Shown piece after piece: positions 12,861-25,371 of a DNA stretch of 64,000 bases. The DNA lies in contig NC_087246.1 of assembly GCF_037042905.1 (NCBI RefSeq), forward strand, positions 2,110,001-2,174,000, written 5' to 3'. The notes beneath the pieces were generated by a model. It was not told the origin of the DNA. It worked only from the letters and a program-made list of their open reading frames with translations, and did no database searches. Numbering within the stretch: the first letter of the stretch is position 1; the number at the start of each line of letters is the position of its first letter. The position numbers and the translations under genes are program-made. The stretch comes from Lytechinus pictus. Lineage: Eukaryota.

Positions 12861-13143
12861 TCGGCATCTAAGTGTACCAATCCATCAAACTTCAATTTTC
12901 TTTCTATTGTATGTATCTGTTTATTTTTATTTTGTCTGTCATTCTATTCATTTAGTTAATAATTTATATTAAAAAAAAAAACTTTTCTTAACTTTTCATT
13001 AAAAAACCTAACTGCAAAAGCATGTTCGGATTTCACTCATATGACTGCTCTCTGTACATGAAATGCTCTGATCAGTAACTGTGCATGATTGCATGCGGTG
13101 GTGTGGGACTCGCTTGTGTCGCACGCTGCAACCAGCGACGTGT

Positions 13144-13218
13144 GTAGACTCTTCACTAGTCGCTTTGTGGCTATTTTTGCGGAAAATGCCTTCGCCAGGG
13201 TATAAAACGGAAACGCGC
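13144..13218 (+). mobile_element. Putative transposon terminus (TAG-ended, Academ-like), right copy
   Basis: gtagactcttcactagtcgctttgtggcta...; inverted partner of 10464-10538. Confidence 0.6.
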
Positions 13219-13460
13219 GCGGGGATACGAGCGTCGCGATCGCGATCAAAAGTGAGGGTTTTTTTCTTCTAGACTTAGCGACGGGACTCGCAATTCGTTG
13301 GCAGGGGGGCCGGGGGGGGGGGGGGGTGAGAGATATTTAGCCGCATTTACGGCGGTACCGTATAATACCGGTACAAGGCAGTGAGTGAATACTGATGAAG
13401 GGTACCGTACCGGTAATTATTAAACTATTCAGCATAATTTAATTTTAACTGCCTTTTTCT

Positions 13461-13977
13461 CCCGGGGGGCCACTTACATTGACGAGTGGATACCATGGAT
13501 CTTATTTCAAGATAGGGCACGTTACGTACGTAACGTAATAAGGGTGTCGAAACACTAAAATAATGAAAAGGGGTATCTATTTCGCTATAGGAAAGCTGTT
13601 TAGGGTCAGATTTGCGAGGGTATAAAAATTAAGACTAAAATGTTTATAAACTAGGATGTACTTTTTGCCTCAACAGTCAACACTACGTGTTTAGAGTACG
13701 ATTTGCACGAGGTGTGGCCGTATACGTACTACTAAACCCAATTGGTAAAGGTAAAACCGTCCGTGACATATACCAATTACTCGTTTAGGGGTTCAATTCA
13801 GGGAATTCTTGCCAAGAGTATCGTTTTGTTTCTAATACTTGTCAAGGGTGGGGTTTCACACGCCAATACTTGTTAAGGGGTGCATTTTCAGAATACAGAA
13901 AATACGTGTTTAGGGTGCTTTTCGAGACCCCATGGTCGCGCATGGTATCCACTCGTCTATGGAAGTGGCCCCCCGGG
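13461..13977. mobile_element. CMC/EnSpm-like MITE (CCC ends, 2-bp TSD)
   Basis: CT|cccggggggccacttacattgacgagtggataccatg ... catggtatccactcgtctatggaagtggccccccggg|CT. Confidence 0.88.
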
Positions 13978-14093
13978 CTTTTTGTAAATGAATCAACCAA
14001 TTAACCAATCAAACAAGATCGACAGGGTATAACAGTTAGTGTGCACTTTACGGTATTATAATTCTTAATTAAACTTACCGGTACTATGTACAT

Positions 14094-16104
14094 CAGGGGC
14101 GGATCCACTGGGGGGGGGGGGCCCGAATTTTTTTTCACCCATATTTTCCCCGATCGGCCTCTCAAAGTTGTCTCCAATTTTTGTTTGTTTCTATGAAGGG
14201 GTTGTCCCATAGTCATAATGAGCCAAGACAAAAAATTTGAGGGGGCTCGCGATCGATACGGCGTATCGCGTAAAATTAATAAGTTGTGAGCGAGCGAGCA
14301 AAAAATTCGACATTTTTATTACAAAAATCAAAGTTTGTGATATATTTTGACATAACAGTTGGAAAATAATAGGCCTACTCACCCTTATCACTTTCCTTTT
14401 CACATTTTTTTCTTAATTGGTCATGAAAAATTGGGGGGGGGGGGGCAAACCCCAAAACACCGATGTCCTAACAGTCATTTCTCAGCTTTATTCTTATATA
14501 AAACAACAAAAAGTGTAATAATCTCATAAGCCCTATTTAAATAGTGCGAGCCCGAAGCGCAAGCTGAAAACTTTTGGAATTTCATGTATTTTTGTCCTGA
14601 AAATTGAATATTCTGGGCAATGTTTGTGAACCTGAACAAGATGGGTATGTAACTAGAATTACTGCGAGCGCGAAGCGCGAGCGGAAATTTTGATATGGGT
14701 TCTGGCTTGATCGAAAAGGAAACTGTAAAGAACGTTTTGCAGTTAGCCATTATCATATTTCAACTATTATAATACGAGCCGCGGCAAAGCGCGAAGGCTG
14801 AAAATTTTTTGACATTCCGACCTAAAAAATTGACATTCTAAGCAATTTTTGCAATCATTAACGGTCAAGATATAAATTCAAACAATTGATGCGAGCGCAA
14901 AGCGCGAGCAGAAAAAAAATGAGATTTCAGACCTAAAAATGGGACACTCTATTCATGTTTTGTAAATCATGAAAAGGGATGGGTAATTGGCATCTTCCTA
15001 CATTAATAATGCGAGCGCAAATCGTGAGCAGAAAATTTTTGATATATTGGATAATGATTTAATAAAGAACAAGCTGCATATCTGAAAAAACAAGCGCGAT
15101 CTAGAATCTGGGCATTCTTTATTCCTTATATTATCATGAAAATCGATAAAACGAGCGCGAAGCGCGAGCTTAAAATATTTGATATTCTGATCTGAAAAGG
15201 GTCGATTTAAACTCTGTATTTTTAGCACTTTGAAGGGAATTGTAAAGTGGATATGGATCAGTTAAAAAAGCTGATATGTTTCAATATTATTCATTTGAGT
15301 TTTGACATAGACTGGGACATTCTAAGAACATTATATCATCATATGAAAATAATGACTATCTTCCTATTTCCCTTCCTAAGCACGAGATGAAACTTGTCGA
15401 TATTCCATTCTGAAAAAAGGACAGTTTGATTATTGAATTAATATCTTATTTATTATCATTAGAAAACTGGACATTTCTTTTGAAACTATGAATAAGATGC
15501 ATGAGTTAATATATTTTCAACAATCAATACGAGCGCAAATCGCATGAAATTTAGATTTTGTTATCAAAATGCGAGCGTGCAGCGCCAGCTAATAATTTTT
15601 GACAATGTGACCTGAATAGGGATATTTTCAGAACTTTATGGAAAACAGGAAAATAACAGGTACCTGATAAATTGAATATTGCGAGCGCGCAGCGCGAGCA
15701 GAAAATTTTAATATTCAAACCATGAAATAGAAGTTTTACAGAGCACTTTTTAAAAATCAATTTGTAAATCAAACAAAATAATGAAAGTTCGATTTCCGAG
15801 CTGTAATATGCTTTGTATATTGACTTCAGAATTTGGTAATTTTAGCTCCATATTGAGCAAGATATGTAAATCACCTAAAAGTCAATGCGAGCGCGAAGCA
15901 AGAGCGAAAATTTTATATAGTGACATGAAAGATTTTTAAAATTATTTTCCAAATCTTCCCCTCATCTTATTTTATTCACTCGTCTTCCTCCTCTTATGTT
16001 TCCCCTTCTTTTTTTCTCCTCTCCTCCCTTTTTTTCTTTCTTTCCCCTTTTTTTCCCCTCAATAGGGGGGCCCGGGCCCCTTCGGCCCCCTGGATCCGTT
16101 TATG
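14094..16104. mobile_element. 2-kb non-autonomous hAT-like element with internal GCGAGCGCGAAGCGCGAGC repeats, 5-bp TSD
   Basis: TACAT|caggggcggatcca ... tggatccgtttatg|TACAT; related to 36671-37759. Confidence 0.8.
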
Positions 16105-16265
16105 TACATGATTTAGAGTTAGCATGCGCGTATTTTGGCTAGGCGAAATGAGGGGCACCAAAAAGAAGAAGAAAAGAGAGGAAAAGAAAAGGGACAGAAA
16201 AACGAGGGAAAGAAGAAGAGCGTAGAAAGAGAAAAAAGGGGGAAGAAAAAAAAGGAAGAGGGGGG

Positions 16266-16766
16266 GGGGCATCGAATTGATGTTCGAACTAACAGTTAGA
16301 TGGGAGGGGCGCCAATTTTATGTTCGAATGAGGGGCGTCGAATTGATGTTCGACATAGGAGGCCGCCGAATTTAATGTTCGACAAAGGGGGCGCCGAATT
16401 TAAGTTTTACTTAGGGGCGCCGAATTGATTGACATAATTAGCTAGGCGCCGAATTGAAGTTCAACGCATAGGGGCGCCAAATAGATCTCTATAACCTAGG
16501 GATGCGCCGAATTGATCTCCGAGCTAGGGACGCCGAATTTATTTTCGACATAAGGGGGGCGCCGAATTGATGTTCAACCTAGGGGGCGCCGAATTGATGT
16601 TCGACCTATACGGGCGGTGAATTGATGTTCGACATAGGGGCGCCAATTTTATGTGTGTCCTGGGGCGCCAAATTCATGTTCACTCTAGGGAGGGGGCACC
16701 AAATTCATATTCGAACTTTAGGGCGCCAATTTGATGTTTGACCAGGGGCGCGCCAAACTTATGTTT
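16266..16766. repeat. Minisatellite: about 18 units of about 27 bp, consensus GGGGCGCCGAATTGATGTTCGACATA
   Basis: Units counted by eye; conserved GGCGCC(G/A)AATT core. Confidence 0.9.
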
Positions 16767-17287
16767 GCTCGCATCAAATGCTTACTTTGATGCCCATCCT
16801 GTTTATGATTACAAAAATGATTACAAAGTCCAAATTTTAGGACTCAGAATATCAAAAAATTTCAGCTCGCGCTTCACACTCGCATCGATTATTATTTTAT
16901 AAAGATACCCATCCTGTTCATTGTTACAAAAAGTGCTTTAGAATGTCCAGTATTGGGTCAGAAATTAAAAGATATTCAGCTCGCGCTTTGCTCTAGCATA
17001 AAATGTTGAGATAGATACCCACCCCCTTCTTGATTACCAAAAGTGCTAACTGACTTTCCAAATTGAGGTCAGAATATTAAAAAAAAATCAGCTCACGTTT
17101 TGCACTCGCATCATTTTGATTAGATATCCGTATACCTATCATGTTCACGGTTACAAAAAGTGTTTAGAATATCCGATCGGGATACATCTAGATGAAAATA
17201 TTACCCCCATATCAGCGAAAGCTGGATAGTAGGGACTTCTCTAATGATAAGTTGAAACCCCAAAGTGCTTAATTTTTTATTCTTTCA

Positions 17288-17405
17288 GGGGGCAGTTTCA
17301 TAAAGCTGATCGTAAGTTAAGAGCGACCTTAAGAAGGACTGGTGATCCTTTCTTTTTAGAGCGTAGTCGTTCTTAACTTTCGAACAACTTTATGAAACAC
17401 CCACC
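17288..17405. mobile_element. Short Harbinger-like MITE
   Basis: gggggcagtttcataaagctg ... ctttatgaaacacccacc; related to about 24665-25397. Confidence 0.6.
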
Positions 17406-17497
17406 TGGTCAAATTTATTATTTTAAAACAGTGGTATAACAACATATTCATCGATATTTTTTTCATGATCACATTAAAAAAAGTGGTCTCCAATTGC

Positions 17498-18439
17498 GCA
17501 TTGGGGGGGGGGGGGGCACCAGCAAAATTTACCGCGAGCCGATGCAAAAGCCGATCAAGTGTAAACACGGTAATAGTGACCCCAAACAGAAATATTTCAA
17601 GGACTATTTTAAAGGAATCCATTAAGAGTATACATATCTCACCATACTCATCTAATGCGAGTGCCAAGCGCATGCTGATTTTGTTATAATTACATCTAAA
17701 CACGTGAAGCACTTTTTGTAGTCTTTGTAATCATAATTATCATACGAATCTCACTATAATCAAATATTGCGAGCGCGAAGCGCGAGCTGAAAATTTAGGA
17801 AATTCAGATCTGAAGAGGGGCATTCTAAGGCTTGTTTGTAGGAATTCACGAAGACCATACGTATTTCACTAATCAAATGATGCGAGCGCGAAGCGCAAGC
17901 TGAAAATTTTTGATATTCAGATCAGATCAGAAAAAGGGACATTTTAAGGACTGACTTTAAAAATTCATGAAGAGTAGACATATGTCACCAATCCACTAAT
18001 GCAAAGGTAAGCATGGACAGGAAATATTTTATATCAAGACCTTAAAATGGAGCAATCACTATAAGTAGTCATGAAAAAGAAGATTATGTCACTAAATAAA
18101 ACAATAATAACTCGAAGTGCGAGGAAATATATTTGGTGTATATTGACTTGAAAAAAGGAGGTTTTTAGTACAACAGGATTATATATATCGTTAAACAGAC
18201 AATGCGAGCACCGGGAATAATGAAGACATAGGCCCTGAGCAAATTATGTTTCACAAAGTTTTTTTTAATGTAATATAACATAATTATAATATGATAAAAC
18301 ATTATAATGAACAATAATGTCTTCTTTCCCACTACGTTTCTCTCCCTTTTCCCCTCTTTTTCTCCTTTCCCCCGTTTTTTGGCCAGCCGATGGGGTCACG
18401 TGACTCCATGCCCACCCCCCCCCCGTAGTTACGCCACCG
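17498..18439. mobile_element. hAT-like non-autonomous element, copy of the 46361-47846 family
   Basis: Long colinear similarity to 46384-47846; ends cgtagttacgccaccg. Confidence 0.8.
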
Positions 18440-18613
18440 TTTTACGTGATTATGAAATTATAATCATTCAATGTGTTCCTTTTATTGTTTTATGTATATA
18501 TGTATTGTGCAGGGCCCTGGTTGACAACAGTGTCTAAATCACTGAACAGGCTACCTGGGTAAAGAAGACAAATAAAATAACATGCATTTAAGGCACCTTT
18601 GTTTGCCTGGCGC

Positions 18614-18968
18614 CAGTGGCGTAGCTACGGGGGTGCATGTGCCCCCCCCCCCTCATCGGCTGGTAAAAAAAATGAGAGAAAAGGAGAAAAAGGGAAGAAA
18701 GAAATAGAAACGTAGTGGGGGAGAAGAATTTATTTTATATTATATTAATATTGTTATATATATCATAGTATGATATATGATATATTTTTTCATAACTTTA
18801 TGAAACATTATTTGCTTAGGACCTACGTGTCCATCATTCCTGGTGCATGCTTGCATTGTCTGTAAAATGAGATAATCCTGTTTTTTTACTAAAACATCCC
18901 GTTTTCAAGTCCATACACACCAAATATATTTTCTCGCACTTCGAGTTATTATTGTTTTATGTAGTGTT
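18614..18968. mobile_element. Inverted partial copy of the same hAT-like family
   Basis: cagtggcgtagctacggggg... is the reverse complement of about 18090-18439. Confidence 0.75.
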
Positions 18969-20813
18969 CACAGGGGCGCCAAAATTAGGTCGGGGCCCCC
19001 GGGTTGTAAAATCGCTAATGCTTGATACTTGAACTACGATGAATATCATACCTTAACATTTATATCCCGAAGGACCAAGCCATAATTCTAATCGTAAAAG
19101 GGTATCACAGTCATGACTACTAATCGGGTAGTATAAGGACCAACTCTAATTGGTTTGGACAATATATTTATTCATTCATATCGGCTCACCAGGGCGGGCC
19201 TAGAAACGTGATGTAAAGCAATTATGTGCACGGTATTTTGTTCATGTTTTTAATATTAAAAAAAAAGAAATGGTCGCATATCATAGGTGGTCCAATTTCG
19301 CGAACATGGTAAAAATTATTTGGTCATTTAAAAAAAAAAAATGTTATAGATATTACCATTCTTCAAATAACAAAAGTTTAATCCCAAAATACCCTCTTCT
19401 TTTTTTTCTTCTACTTATTGATAGCTTATTAATGCATTGACGTCAATTTGAATTTTCAAATGCGTTTTTCTCAAATTTGACCTGCTGCATACAAAATAGT
19501 GTAAAAAAATTAATGCTATACATTGGATCACCCTAGTATTTTACGATTTTATTCTTATAATATCAATGCTTAAATCCATAACAAAAAATGGTTATCTCTG
19601 ATTGTATGCATATATCAATTACATCTAATTCTAACGATGTTTAATTTCACCTTTTTTCAGAAAATGACTATCACCCTTACAGTCCTGGCAAATTCACTAT
19701 CCCATGGATAGAAGTGTTTTTTTTCTCAAGGATGCAAGTACTATAAAATGAGTTTACATATTAGAGAATTGACAAATATTTTCAAATTTCAAAATTTATT
19801 AGGTTGCAGTCTTGCAGATAAAATGCACATGTAGAAGATTCCTGTATATTTTCAAAACTGTCAAATTTTAAATGAAATTTAGTTGTTCTTTGCATTTAAA
19901 ATGACCAGAGATGTGAGGCTGCCAGTCACAATACATAATAATTGTGACTTATTATATATTATGACATATTTTTATGACATCATAATACATCTTTCAGTTG
20001 TCATTTAAATTTCCTTAGTATAATTCACCTGCATGCATATCACTGATATGACTTCTCTGTGAATGTACTTCAAATTAGAAATGATGTATGTAATCCTTAA
20101 ATAATTTCAAAGTGAAATTAGATGTCTAATTTATTTTGAAATGCAAAAAAAAAATTAAATTGTTGGATGTATATCTTGACTGACATTTTCCTACTTATTA
20201 ATCAGGAGTAATAACAGTAGGCATATCATTAATAATTTAACTGTAAAGGGATATGAAATAATTCCAGAAGTCTTTTAGTTTGACAATAATAACTTTGTGT
20301 TATTTAATTAGATCTAGTGACATTAATTCAACAAAATGAATGCTTTATACATGTTAAATGAACGAAAATAATGAGTTAAGCATCACATGTCAGCATTATC
20401 ATTCCCCACATCCACCGGCCCCTTAACTTGATGTAAATTTATAATAATATATACAGCCTATAATTCTAGCTTTAAAATGAGACCTTACACAACAAATCTG
20501 GCCATGAGGCTGTGATGTAGCAGCAATTATTCATCCACATCACTGTATGGAAATTTGTTCATCCTCCCCCTTTTTTTTATACCCAACTTATGAAATGCTA
20601 CCAGATAGGCCTAGACATTAGCTTACTTTTATATAGAAAAATATTTTTTGTTGACCACTGTGACCTTTGAATAAAGCTGTTAATACTTTTATCACCGAAC
20701 GTTATCAAATTCGTTTTATGACTATTATATTGAAAGGTATATTTATAGTCATTGACCATGGCATGCTATAAAATAATTTTCAGAGAGACTCGGATGTCTA
20801 TAAGCGCTTTACG

Positions 20814-20972
20814 CAGGGGCCGCGGAAGCGGGGGGGGGGGGGTGGCTGGGCTTGAGCCCCCCCACTTTTTCCAAAAACCGTGTACAAAAACGTAAAAATT
20901 ACCATAAAAATTATGATTGTGAATTTTTTGCATGATCAGCCCCCCACTTTGAAAACCGTTCCGCGGCCCCTG
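20814..20972. mobile_element. Small hAT-like MITE
   Basis: caggggccgcggaa ... ttccgcggcccctg; reverse-oriented copy at 54198-54347. Confidence 0.85.
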
Positions 20973-21118
20973 TATACGTATTGTTATTTTCCGGTCATGA
21001 TCGAATCCTGGCAAGCCAGCACACGGACTTCTCCAATCCCAGCATGGGAAGCATTCAAACACAACAAACTCAATTGTTCGGCATCCTACCTAGGCTTTCG
21101 AAACCTACCAGTACTTAT

Positions 21119-21723
21119 AGGGATACTCCAGTCTGAACAATAATATGATTTTACCAGATAAAGAAAAATATGACAAACAAAACACTGAAAATTTTACCAA
21201 AATCGGACAAGGAATAACAAAGTTATGACATTTTAAAGTTTTGCATTATTCCGGTGAAGTAGTTCTAGGCTTGTCTTCGTGAATACTATTCAATGAGCAA
21301 ATTGATGATGTCATATCCCCACTTCTTCTTTTGTATTTTATTACATGAAATTAGGTTTCTTCAATTTTTTTCCTTCAAAAGCTTTAAACATTGGATTAAA
21401 AACTGATTAAGTGCACTAGATATTCACTGCTGCAACTTTTTTCATTATATGGGAGACATATCATTCACACATGTATGAAATAATGAAACAATCATGATTT
21501 CATGTAATAACATAAGAAAAGGTAAAGTGGTAATGTGACATCATCAGCCCACCTAATTAATATCCATGACGATGTGCATACCACTGTTTTCACATAAATA
21601 TTGCTTAACTTTAAAATTCAATAACTTCGCTAATTGTTATCAGATTTAGATGAAATTTTTAGCATTTTTTTTAAATTTACTCTATTTATTAAGATATAAA
21701 TGTTTTCAGCCCGGAGCATCCCT
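21119..21723. mobile_element. Kolobok-like MITE with TTAT target duplication
   Basis: TTAT|agggatactcc ... ggagcatccct|TTAT; colinear with 3755-4354. Confidence 0.85.
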
Positions 21724-24306
21724 TTATTTAGCACATGGGCGGAGAGTGACAAAGTGTGGATAGACGCCTTGCCAGAGGACATCATAGTCCAAGGCCAGAC
21801 TCTAACACACGGCCCTACATGGCGAGAGCATGGAGCTAACACAGAACCGCTTCTCCACAACGATTCCACACCAACTTAAAGTGAACTTCCTAGAAAGTCA
21901 AACAAGTATATTCACAATATTGTTATCGAAATCAGAAGCGGAATGAAGATGTGTGTGTGTTTTTTAAGTTTGCTTATAATTTCACATAAAAGTCTGTATA
22001 CATAGGATGGGTGATGATTATTATGCATAACTATAAGAGAGTGGATGGTAGCATACATTCACTATTTCTTTTGTACACGAAATTAATTTTTCGTTTTTAG
22101 TATAATGAAGAAACCCTACTCTTTAATGCAAAAGAGCTATTTTAGTCCCTGATCAGAGAGATACTTTAGGAACCAATCCCTTTAAGGTAAACTCTACATC
22201 TTTTACGTTTTACGTTAAAGCAGGAAAAAATAGATTTCATATCTTATTAAAAAAAATGAAATTACTGATATGGTGGGCCTATAAAATCTTGGCAAAGGTG
22301 CGAATTTGATCCCTTTGTCCCGTGTGTAGAACCCTTGAGAAACAGGGTTTCTATAAGAACATGAAGGTTTTTTACGTATTCAAGAACTTTATTTTACAAA
22401 GAACATACACAAATTTCCCAAATGCTTGTTTCAAGGTAAGAACATTTCAGGGAATCTTCAAAGGTTCCAAATACCATGAATACGGGACAAGTACAAAACC
22501 CTCAAACAACCTTTTTTGTCTAAGAGCATGAAGAGTGTTAAAATATGCAGTACTAGAAATATATAGAAAAAAATCACTCAAAAATTATTATTGTCCCCAT
22601 TTTGAGGATGTATAGTTAGTTTGTTTTAATTTCAATTTATTATTTCATAACCACACACTGAACCAAGTTTTAAAAGAAACATATAACCTTTGAATACATA
22701 TATTCGGAGTAGTAAATTCAAAGAGCAAAACACGTATGTTACAATGAATGTAAAGCACAAGTAAAATAGTACACAGTAAATCCTATCTGATAGAATTCTG
22801 AATATCATTCGATAGTTTTCTTGTACTGTTATAACTATGAAAAACCATACTGAGCTTCTGGCATCAATCTCATACAAATGCCAAAACCATTGTTCTAAAT
22901 AATAGGCCTATAGTTTTGTAATAAGGGTCACATCAATTACTGTACCAGGGCATAAAATATTAAATGGCAAATCGTGAATGGAATGTTAAACTGCACGAAA
23001 TCTTTGTGCATCTTTTTTAAACACCCATACACAATAATTTAAAATTGATCGTTTACTCTTCATAAATCCGCAAAAAGATTCTATTCCTTTCTCTTCCTTA
23101 TTCGAATCTTTCAACTTCATTCCCTTTTATTTCTCCTATGATTATATTGGCAAGAGGAATTTTTTGTTTCAAAATGTGATTTTCTTGAGCTTATATGTAA
23201 GTGTTATCCATACATCTTCACAGTATCAACAAACAGGGCAATAAGAATGCTTCAATGCGTATAGAGTACATGACAAAATGAAACTTCCATCAGCTTGGTA
23301 AATGGACTATAATTGGTTTTAAAGCTCATCTGATTTATTTTCAAGTAACAAAATTATATAGCCATAATAGCCCCATCTGAAGATGTTATCGAGAATACAA
23401 GTTCAGAAATGAGAGACTCGGCTTGAGGATCGTTTGGATTTCAGAAGAACCGAGGTTTAGTGAGTTATGGGAGCGAAAGCAAGGGGGTAAGAGGAGAAAT
23501 GACGTGTGAAGAAAGATAGGAAGAGATGGAGAGAGAAGGGGGGGGGGGCAGAGAGAGGGGGGAAGCAAAAATAGAGGGGAGAGGGAGGGATAGAGAGGGA
23601 GAGAGAGGGAGAGAGAGAAGGGGGGAGGGGTGGAGCGAGGTTCTTGTACTGGTGATTTAATATTTTCTCTTTTTTTTTTTTTCAATAACATTATGACGCC
23701 CTTTGTGTCTAATTTCTGGATTCATCACAAGAAAATTGAGATGAAAATCCATTGTCTGATTTCCTTTGGATAACCAAGGTCATGATAGATATAACTCCAC
23801 GGGATGTTGTTCACCTATTGACACCTCTGTCATCATCATATGACGTCATCAAGAGAGAGAGAGAGAGAGAGAGTAAATCGATGGTGCTAACCCCTGAACT
23901 GTAAGTGTAATATTACAAAACAAAGGCATGTAGTATAAACAAAGCGAGATAACCTTTAATACCTAGGAGACATGTCACTCACACAAACATAAAGTTAGAA
24001 GAGGGGGGGGGGGGGGGGGTAGTTTCAACGCGCAATGCATCCTGATATACACCATCAAGTTTTATTTAACAAGCTAATACATTGTCATTATCTTTATACG
24101 ATAAACATAGAATATATCTGCAAAAAAAAAAAAAAAACAGAGCGACAAAGACGAACATTAATTCACAAAAGTACAACGTGATCAACAATGATAAGAACGT
24201 AAAAATTGCAAAATGTTTTCTTTGGTTTGACTATACTTTGCATTATTCACGACAGGTATATTAATGGCCAACAATGCACGATATTGGCAACATGAATTAT
24301 ACACAG

Positions 24307-24309
<3 letters not shown>

Positions 24310-24382
<73 letters not shown>
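24310..24382. repeat. (TA)n microsatellite
   Basis: Seen directly. Confidence 0.98.
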
Positions 24383-24385
<3 letters not shown>

Positions 24386-24794
24386 ATTGATTGATTTTGG
24401 CTAACTAAATTAGGGATGCCGATGAAAATTAGATATTAAAGAAATGATAGCTACAATGTTTTCAAATGCCTTGACATTTCTTGTTTCCCCAAAATTTAGT
24501 AAAGGCCTAGTTATCCGGACAGAAAAACAATATAATTTGGTCCACTGCCTAAATTGTATACACATGCATAGGGGTGACATTATTTGGACGTCATAGAAGT
24601 TCAGAATCATTGGCATAACTACATGTCATCGGTGATAATCTTCAGCCAGTTGATGATACTCCTGATGCGTGTTTCATAAAGCTGTTCGTATCAAGTTAAG
24701 AGCGACTTTAAGAACGATTGGTGAACCTTTCTTACGCGCTAAAATAATCACCAATGTACAAATGGTGAACATCACTTACCAAATCCGCTCTTAA

Positions 24795-25371
24795 AGGGGA
24801 ATCCAGCCTTGGCCATTAAATGTTGTGTTGGGAAGGAGAAAAATAAATTAAACGGAATGGTGAAAGTTTGAAAGAAATGGGACAAGCAATAAAAAAGTTA
24901 TAGCTGCTTTGAAATTGAGATCACTATTACTATGTAGATTTCAAATTGGCAACTGGGTAAGTAAATTATGACAAGGGGCAAGGACAATTTTCCCATAGGC
25001 CATGTACTTTATTATCAGGGAGTACCCATTCCCCTGGGGCAGTAATCTAAATATAACCCTGGTAGTATATTGTTTTATGTCCTCATAAAAGAAAAATATG
25101 ATTTGAAATAAATCTATTGGGAAAAATGACATTTTAGCCATAATATGTATTGGAGTACATGGAAGAGTAGTCCTTGCCTTACATCACTATGATGTCCCAT
25201 ATGCGGCCAATTTGAAATCTCCATGGGTATAGTGATTACCAATATTTACAACTTTTAAAAATTCATAACTTTCTTGTTGTGTGTCCAATATTGTTCAAAC
25301 TTTCACCTATCAACTTGTCTGATTTTTCTTTTCCTTATAAAAACAAGTTTTTATTTGGGTTGGATTCCCCT
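24795..25371. mobile_element. Kolobok-like MITE nested in a Harbinger-like MITE (about 24665-25397)
   Basis: TTAA|aggggaatcca ... tggattcccct|TTAA; host halves ttcataaagctgttc and gaacagctttatgaa. Confidence 0.88.

Larger units (their letters stand above)
20790..21872 (-). mobile_element. Decayed tRNA-derived SINE split by two MITEs
   Basis: Degenerate tRNA-like head near 21870, body at 21728-21830 and 20973-21118, taagcgcttt-type LINE-like tail near 20800. Confidence 0.5.

Noticed and set aside
16266..16766. CRISPR array
   Set aside because: Linkers are only a few nucleotides and related to each other, repeats are degenerate, there are no cas genes, and the context is eukaryotic.
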